NCBI GenBank assembly: GCA_044892525.1 | Contig: CM097885.1 | Span: 47,741,727 to 47,805,726 of the forward strand | Source of the DNA: Schmidtea polychroa | Taxonomy: Eukaryota | Reading direction: 5' to 3' | DNA length: 64,000 bases | Position numbers and translations under genes: made by a program | Notes under the pieces: model-generated | Database searches by the model: none | Told to the model about the DNA's origin: nothing | What the model saw: only the letters and a program-made list of their open reading frames with translations | In this document: piece after piece, positions 25,201-34,200 of the stretch | Numbering within the stretch: position 1 is the first letter of the stretch | How the letters are laid out: the number at the start of each line of letters is the position of its first letter

Positions 25201-28200
25201 AAATCATTTAAACCTCTACCTTTATAAGGATCAAGATAGAGACCTTTGCCCTGAGACTTTTGCCGACTCCCCTCATATGGATTAAGATAGAGACCCTTTC
25301 CAACGGACACTCCCCCTTTAGCTTGCCCTACCTTCTTCATTGAATCGATTTCAGTTTGTAGTTTTTCTTTTTCTAGGTCTGTCTTTTGAGATTCTTTAGC
25401 TTTTTGAACTGTAGTTGCAATTCCTCCAGCTATTCCAGCAGCACCTGATAAACCAGCAATGATTGCAGGTATTAAAGCAGCTAATGGAAGAATGCCACCT
25501 TCTTTAGCTTCGTGGAGCTTCGCTCTAACTTGTTCTTTTACATGTTTTCCAATAAAATATTTTTTACCATCAATTACTATTGATTTATTTTTATTTGAAT
25601 TTATTAATTCTTGCAAAGATTCTTCAGTTGTCATTTTATAATAAACAAAATGGATATTTGGAAACCAATTTTAAATAGACATAAGAGTAAATTTAATAAT
25701 AAAGTATTTCCTGATAATTTTAGATTATTAATTGTTGGTTCTTCTGGATGTGGAAAGAATGTACTTGTTTTGAAAATGTTGCTTGAAGATGATTTTTTAG
25801 ATTATAATAATTTAATCTTTTACTCTACAACTATAAATCAACCAGAATTACAACTTTTGAAATGTGGATTTGAAAATAAATTAACTAAAAAAGCAATAAT
25901 TGATATTTTTAAAAATCAACATAGATGTCCTGAAGAAGTTTTTCAACCTTGTGATATGGTTGATTGGTATAAGGAAAAGATTTTAGAATCAGATATTAAT
26001 AATAATAATGATTATAGTTGTGAAGATCAGGGGCAGGAGGCAATTCAAGTTTTATTCTCTAATAAACCTGAAGATGTTTTACATTGTGATTTACTTCCTA
26101 AAGATAAAATGAATCTAGTTATATTTGATGATGTTGTTAACATGAAAAACCAAGAGATTCAAAAGAGTTACTTTACAAGAGGAAGACATAATAATTGTAA
26201 TGTTATTTATATATCTCAAACTTATTATGCTTTAGATAAAAACTCTATAAGAAATAATTCTAATTGTTTTATATTTTTTAAATTAGATCGCCGTGATAAG
26301 AATATGATTTATAATGATTTATTTTCAAATGTTGAACCTGATAAGAATATGTTTGATATGTTTGTTGATAATCATTGGAAAGAAAAATATAATTATATTT
26401 ATTTGGATAGAGAAAAAGCTGAAATATGGAAAAGTTTGTTTTAGGGCTTGTCGACTTAAAAATCTGTTTTCTGTAGTTCATTATTATAAAATCTACCTAA
26501 TATTTTTTCATTATTTAAATCAAAGATGCTATATGTTATTGGAGTTGTATAATGTATTTTATTTATAATAAAAATTTCATTTGTCCATTTTGCTGTGAAT
26601 CCTTTTTCAAATTTATTTTTATATTTAAATATTCTTACTCGGTCACCAATTTTAAACTTTGGTTTTTCAATAACATCATTTTCAATATTTACCACTTTAA
26701 TGGTTTCATGCTTCATGGAAGCATTTAAAGGTGTTAATTTTATAGAACTATGTACATCATTATTATATTCATTTACAATCTTTTGTAACAATTCATTGTT
26801 CCATTTTTGTTTTCCAATAGCAGTAAAATATTTCCACATTTTATTTTTTAATGTTCTATTTAATCTTTCAACTACGACTGCTTTTCCTTCGTTTTCTGTT
26901 GAATATAATTTAATATCATTTTCATTTAAAAACTTTGTAAAAACTTTGTTATAAAATTCTGTTCCTTTATCACACCATAAATATTTTGGGATTCTTTGAT
27001 TTTCTTCAAATATATTTTCAAATGCTTCTGTAATAGAATATCCTGTTTTATTTTCTAAACATCTTGCAAAAGCAAATCTTGTATATAAATCTATTACAGT
27101 TAAAATTATTTTATATTTTTCAGGGTCTGATGATTTGGGCATAAAGACTAAATCTGCAGACCATGTTTGATCTTTTTCATGTACTTGAACTTTTAAATAT
27201 TTTTTATTTTTTCTAAATTCATGGTGTAATTCCTTTGCATATTTTATTTCTGATTCTGTTGGGGTTTGTAAACTAGTCTTGGCTGTACTCTCGAGGGATC
27301 TTTCAATCTCTGCTTGTTCGATAATCTTTTTATAAGCAACATCTTTTGCTTTCCTAGGAAGTCTTGCACCCATGGTGATCGGACTGTGTCCTAAGCCTAT
27401 GAAAATCTTACCTTTCATTGCTAATTTAACTAGAGCTCTTTGAATCTTTTCTTGGGTTGATGGATTTTGGATACTATTTAAATCATGTATTAAATTCACA
27501 TCTGCAACATGTCTGTCTCTAAGATTTGTTGAATTGTATGCAATGTCATGTTTTAAAGCTGCTTGATCAATTCTATTTATTGGTTCTTCTCCTTGTTTGG
27601 GATTATTATTTTCATCTAATCTAATATCTAGACGTGTTCCTGGTCCAGTATAGTTGTGTTTAAATAAATGTCTTTCACCTGGATATTTTTCTGTAGTAAA
27701 AGGTTTTAATATTGAAGATGTTGTTTTTGAAGATTGCAAATCGCCTCCAGCTCGTGGAATTAGATCACCTCCTGTATGTTTTTTAGTTTTTAAATGACTT
27801 GCTTTATGATGTCTTGTAACTTGACAATTACAACTTTCACATCTCCAATAGAGAGACATTTTAAAATGTTAAAATATCAGGGATTATATCAAGAATCTCC
27901 CCTAACATTTTCGATTATTGAAATCTTTCCACCATATAATTTCATTTCTATTTTCTTTTCTTCTAATATTAATGTATATACTTTAGCTTTAAAATTAGAA
28001 TCCTTTGTTACATGAAGTGTAACATCAACATTATTTATGGCTAATCGATCATCTTGGTCTGATACATTTATACAAAATATAGAATATAAATTTTTGAAAT
28101 CTTCTAAACTTAATTGCGGTTCAACTTTGAAATCATAACATGTTTCAATATAATTTAGATATGGGAATATGTTTTCATTATTTTCAATATTAAATTCCAT

Positions 28201-31200
28201 TCTATTTATTGGATAATAAGAACTATTTAATTGAATTTGGATTGTTTTTAAATTATCATCTCCAATCTTTTGAATAAATAGATTGTTATTTTTTTGGAAA
28301 GATGAATCTGTTTCTTTGAATCCAATCAAGATATATCTTGGTCGGTATGCTAAATTTGCTACCTTTATAGAATATGTTGAACCCTCTGTCATACTAAATT
28401 CACTACAGATTCTATTTAAATAATTTACATTTATAGACTTGTTGGAATTTAATCTTTCAAGGAGTTTGATTTCAGAATGTGGGTTTAATGTCCATTCAGG
28501 TATATGCAATTCAAGTGTTGATAATTTTAATTTAGCTTTTGTATCTACAGCTCCATAGAACAATCTTTTATCACCTTCTACTCTATTACAGATGAATTCT
28601 ATAAAAACATTATGAAGTATACGATTATAGTTTTGAAGGAATCCAAACAAGTGTTTTAATTCAAAATAACCTTCAAATTTTTTAGATTTATAAAGTTCAG
28701 CTCTTTTATGGTAACCATGGTTTACATCTAAACCATCTTTATCTAAATCCCCTTTATTAGTGTCAGGAATCCAACCTGTTAATTCACCATATTCATTTTT
28801 ATAATCACAACCAGTCAAAATAAAATTTAACATTGTAGAATATACTCCTGGATGTAAAACAGTTTCAATTTCTGATGATCCTAGTTTTAATCTCATGTTG
28901 GAGAATAAATTTGGAAAGAAATTATTTTCTAGGGTTATATCTTTGTTTGCTTCAATTTCTAATTCGATTTTATATTATAATTTGGCATTACAAATATCTA
29001 TAGGGTTTGATGTTTGAAGAGATTGAAAAACTATATCACCCCCACGATTTAAGTTTGCAATAGATCCTGAAGTTGGGGAGATTTTAAGTACATCGTTTTT
29101 CTTGATTTCATGAGTAAATTCTTTATTATAATCAAGATTTAATTTATTTTTTTCTTGAATTTTTATATTATTCATTTTTATATATTAAAATTTACACACA
29201 CAAAATAGGATTAATTAAATATATTATGTAAGCCATTATAGCGGAGTGGGAATAGGCTTCAATTTTATCACCGGGAGTACCGGGTTCAATTTTCGATTTT
29301 GGTCAATTTTTTTCGATATTTTTTTTTCAACGGAATCTGATTCAGCGTACTGATTTTAGTATATATTTAAATTTTCAGATGGATCTGAGTGGTAGTTGTC
29401 GAGAAAATGAATAATTAATTATTAATTTCATCAATAAATAGTCACACATTAACGACTTATTTTATATTGAGTATAGCTCTAATAGCTTAGTGGTAATAGC
29501 ACTCGACTGCATTGCCAATACCAATGGGTTCAAATCCCATTTCGGTCATTTTTTTTTTTTTTAACGAAATATTGATCAGCATACTCGATTTAGTACTTGT
29601 ACAAATTTTTAAGGAGATTGGTCAACGGCAACTCTTGGAAATTTAAGATCAAAAACGTTTTAACTTAAGCTACCAAAAATTAATATATCCAATAAAAAAA
29701 TATTTATAAAAATGGATGAGTTAAAAGAAAGAATGAGAAATGAATTGAATGAAGTTAAACATAAGAGAATGAAAAGAAGAGAAGAAGAACCATTAGAATA
29801 CATCAAAGAGTTGATGGTAGATAATGAAAAGTATCGACATTTTTATATGAAGGCTGTAGATGTTGCTGATATAAGATTGAAGAAAATGAAACAATTACAG
29901 GAAAGAGTTAAAGAACTTGAATCGATTATTTATAGTCTAAAAAATGACAAAAATTCAAACCTTGATGGCGCAGTGGGAATAGACTGGCACAGTGGCTCAA
30001 ATGGATAGTGGTTCAAATCACATCTGAGGTTAGTTTTTTTTCAACAAAAAATAATATTAAAAATTTGAAAATAATATTGAAAATAGTGTGGGTATCTTAT
30101 ATTTATAAAGTACTTGTATATTTTATTTTATTTATTTTATTTTATTTTATTTTTTTATTAATTAATTATTTTTTAAACATAAATATGAAAAAAAAAATAT
30201 TGAAACGGGTGATGGTGGCGAACCGGTAATTATCGCCACCTGTCTTTCGAACACCCCCGGATCGATCCCGGTAATGTGCACATTTATTTCTCAGTTGTTT
30301 TCGGACCTCTTTCGGATTCGCTTTCGAATTCATTTGTACTTTCGAGCAGCACGCTTAAAACGCCGTTGAAATCGTATTCGAGCGAGAAGCGAATAATAAG
30401 GTGTGCTGCTATTATCGGATTGATTCTGATGTATGAGTCTGGCCAGCTTGTATATTAGAAGAGATTTGATAAACGAAAGAGGTTGATAAAAAAATGATCC
30501 GGATCAAAAAAAACTGTTGAGGGGACAGTGAAAAAAAAAAAAAATACCACTGTCCCCTCAGAGCAGTTTTACTATTTTCATAAAATTTTTTATTCTTCAA
30601 GACATCAAGATTAAGATTTCATTTATTTTTTTTAATTAGCCAATTAGCAACTTGCTAGTTGGCATCCTCAAGTAGCCTTCTAACTTTTTCATAATACCAT
30701 TTTCTTTTCTATTCTCTTTATGTTTTTAGTTTGAAGCTTTTGAGTTTGAGGCTTTAAAGATTAAAACAGTTAGAGTCATTAAGGGTGGTTGTTTTCAAAA
30801 TATAGGGTTAAAATACTATAAAAGTATAAGTTTTAGGTTGTTTTTCTAATAGCTTAAGTGATTTGGAGGCATGTTTTGTTGGGAGGGCTGTTTTGGTTGG
30901 GTATATAACCACACTACTTATTTGAATCGATATAATAATATTTGAATCATTATAATTGAATTTATTAAGAAAGCTTGACTATGAATCAGTAAATATATCG
31001 ATGTTTGTGATATATTTACTGATTCATAGTCAAGCTTTCTTAATAAATACAATGGTGTAATTGCATAATTAAATTTGTTTTAATATGCAGATTTTGTGAA
31101 AAAAATAGAATTTAAAAAAACGTTGTGATTTCCTTGTGTCAATAAAACTTCAAGCTATCGCGGCTATATCATGGACAAGATGATACCTATTTTCAATGGA

Positions 31201-34200
31201 GAAGGTGACGTTCAGCAGTGGATTCAGAAAGTCAAGCTAGTGGCAAAAATTCAAAGAATCGTGGAGTTGGAATCAATAATTCCTTTATATCTAGATGGAC
31301 CAGCTTTTGCAGTGTATCAGCATTTGAGCACAGAAGACAAAGGCAACGCATTGAAGATCGAACATGCCTTAATCGATGTCTATTCGATCGATATGTTCCA
31401 AGCTTATGACCAATTCCGTGAACGAAGGTGGTGCAATGAGCCAGTAGATGTCTATTTGAATGATCTCAAAAAATTAGCATCTCTGGCCAAGATAGATAAC
31501 GAAATCATAATTAAAAGCGCATTCATAATGGGTTTGCCAGCAGTGTCATCACAACAGTTACGATCAAATGCCAATATTCAGCAGATGTCTCTTGTTGAGG
31601 TCTTGAAACAGTCTCGTGTCTTAGTAAACTGTGACAATATGGAACTGTGTTCGGCTGTCGTTGGAAAACAAGACAAGAAAAAGAAATGCTCGTATTGCGG
31701 AAAGAATGGCCATCTAGAAGAACGTTGTTTCAAGAAACAAGGAAAGAAGTGTTGGCTATGTGCAGAAGAGGGCCACATTGCAAAGGAGTGTACCAGGAAT
31801 TCAGAGTCGGGAAATGCCAAAGGAGTAGCGCGTGTGCCAGCGTCTACTCTAGCACGAATATAATGGCGCTGCAGTTTATTTCAGTCATAATCAATGGGGA
31901 GTCCGTGAAAGCATTGATCGACTCGGGATGTTCCAAATCAGTTGTGCCAGCCAGAATTGCGAAGAAAAAATTTATACGGAATGGGAGTATCATGACTGCG
32001 GATGGATCACTAGTCAAGTGTATGCGTGATGTGAAAGTTCAGCTGATCGTTGGTGGTAGTTTATTGAGTGTTAATTGTGTTTCGTTGATGAAACTACCAC
32101 TTAATGTTGAAATGATTTTAGGAATGGACGTAATAGGGATGCTGGGAGGTCTTAAAATTGACAAGACCGGTGTATCTTTTCCAGGTATTGCAAACGTATC
32201 GTGCGTGGCTGAGAATCAGTTAAATGAGAATTTGCAAATTGAAGATGGTGATTTTTCGGCAGCATTCAGTGACGGCAAGTGGACGGTGAAGTGGAAATGG
32301 AAAGCAGAACCAGCTGTACTATTGAATAGAATTTCAAATTATAAAATCGATCCAAGGCTGCAGCACAAGTTTGACACGGAGATTGAACGGTGGATTCAAG
32401 AAGGATGGCTAATTCCAACGAAAGACGTTGTGTATGGAAAAATTCCGTTATTGGCAGTAGAGCAAGCAAACAAAGGAAAAGTTCGTCCAGTAATGGATTT
32501 TCGAGAACTAAATAAATATGTTAGTAGCCATACTGGACAAAGTGATGTATGTGGCGAATCATTAAGGCGATGGCGAATGATGGGTGAACAGGTAATGTTA
32601 ATTGATCTTAAAAATGCTTATCTTCAGATACATGTTGATGAAGACCTATGGGAGCACCAAAGGGTTAGTTACAAAGGGAACGGATACTTTCTAACGAGAC
32701 TCGGTTTTGGTTTAAATGTGGCTCCGAAAATAATGTCAACAATATTACGGAAGGTACTGAGTTTAAGAGAAGATATCAGGAAAGCAACGGATAGTTATAT
32801 TGATGACATTATTGTCAACCAGTCAAGAATCAACGTCAATGAAGTAATAGGCCATTTAGCAGCATACGGGCTAATTACAAAGCCACCGGAAGAGTTTGAT
32901 GATGCAAGAGTGCTAGGTCTCCAGCTTCAAACAAGTATTAACGGTCGTACGTGGCATCGTGGAAATATTTTGCCATACAGTGCGTTTACAACTATGTCAA
33001 GAAGGGAGTTATTTTCCCTCTGTGGTCAACTTGTTGGGCACTATCCCGTTGCTGGATGGTTAAGAGTAGCAAGTAGCTATATAAAACGACACAGTGCTGG
33101 AAGTAAGTGGGATGATACGATTGGAAAAATCGCGTTAAAAATGGTTAACGAAATGATGTATCGTGTGAAAGAGAGCGATCCCGTGACTGGTGAGTGGCAC
33201 GTAAACAAGGACGGATCTACGATTGTCTGGTGCGATGCGAGCAATCTGGCATTAGGAGTTGCGTTAGAAATATCAGGAAAAATCGTCGAAGATGCATCAT
33301 GGATGAGGAAGAAAAACGATTTTGCTCATATAAACCTTGCAGAGTTAGACGCTGTGATAAAGGGAATTAACTTAGCCATCAGCTGGGAAAGAAGCAACTT
33401 AGTTGTAGTAACAGATTCCGCTACCGTCAGGAGTTGGATAGATTCAGTTTTAACGGATACTGCCAGAATCCCAACTCATGGAATTGCTGAGATGCTAGTC
33501 CGAAGACGTCTGCAGATCATTTGTGAATTACGAAAAAGCTATGACTTAACGATCTCGGTCGAGTTAGTCCCGACAGATAAAAACAGAGCAGATGCACTCA
33601 CAAGAGTCAGTAATAAATGGCTGACATGGGTTAAATCGTGTGTCGAACCAACTGCAAGCACTGTTGCTGTTGTGAACCAAGTGTTACGAGAAAGTCATAG
33701 ACAGCACCATTTCGGTGCCAAGAAGACGTTGTATTTTGCAAAGCAACTTTGCCCGGACGTTACACTTGAGGATGTAAAGGCTATAATTAGTGAATGTTCA
33801 GAATGTCAATCTATCGATCCGGCGCCTGTAAAATGGGAGCATGGAGAGTTAAACGTTAAGGAGACGTGGAAGAGACTGGCTATGGATGTTACACACTATC
33901 TAAGTAAGCTTTATTTAACTATGATTGATTGTGGACCGGGTCGTTTTGCTCTGTGGAGAGAAATAAGATGTGAAGACGCGGAGACCATCACACGGAATCT
34001 TGAACAGATCTTTAGAGAACGAGGTTCCCCTGATGAGCTGTTGATTGATAATGCGACATCATTTCGTTCGACACAATGAAAGTACTGTGTCGCAAATGGG
34101 GTGTGAAATGTGTGTTTCGATGTGCTTATCGGCCATCAGGAAACGGCATAATAGAACGGAACCATCGTACAATTAAACGCATGGCAGCAAGAACCAACAA

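Larger units (their letters stand above)
16144..30918. mobile_element. Full-length Polinton/Maverick (adintovirus-like endogenous dsDNA virus), 14,775 bp
   Basis: Termini AGTAGT..ACTACT; 6-bp TSD TATTTG (16138-16143, 30919-30924); ~980 bp TIRs; pPolB, rve integrase, ATPase, adenain, major and minor capsid genes. Confidence 0.98.

Noticed and set aside
29476..29548. Functional tRNA-Cys(GCA) gene
   Set aside because: Anticodon stem pairs at only 2 of 5 positions and the acceptor stem has two mismatches; reported as tRNA-like ncRNA instead.
16144..30918. Alternative genetic code explaining the in-frame TAA and TGA
   Set aside because: TAA and TGA end other genes of the element normally, and each interruption occurs only once.
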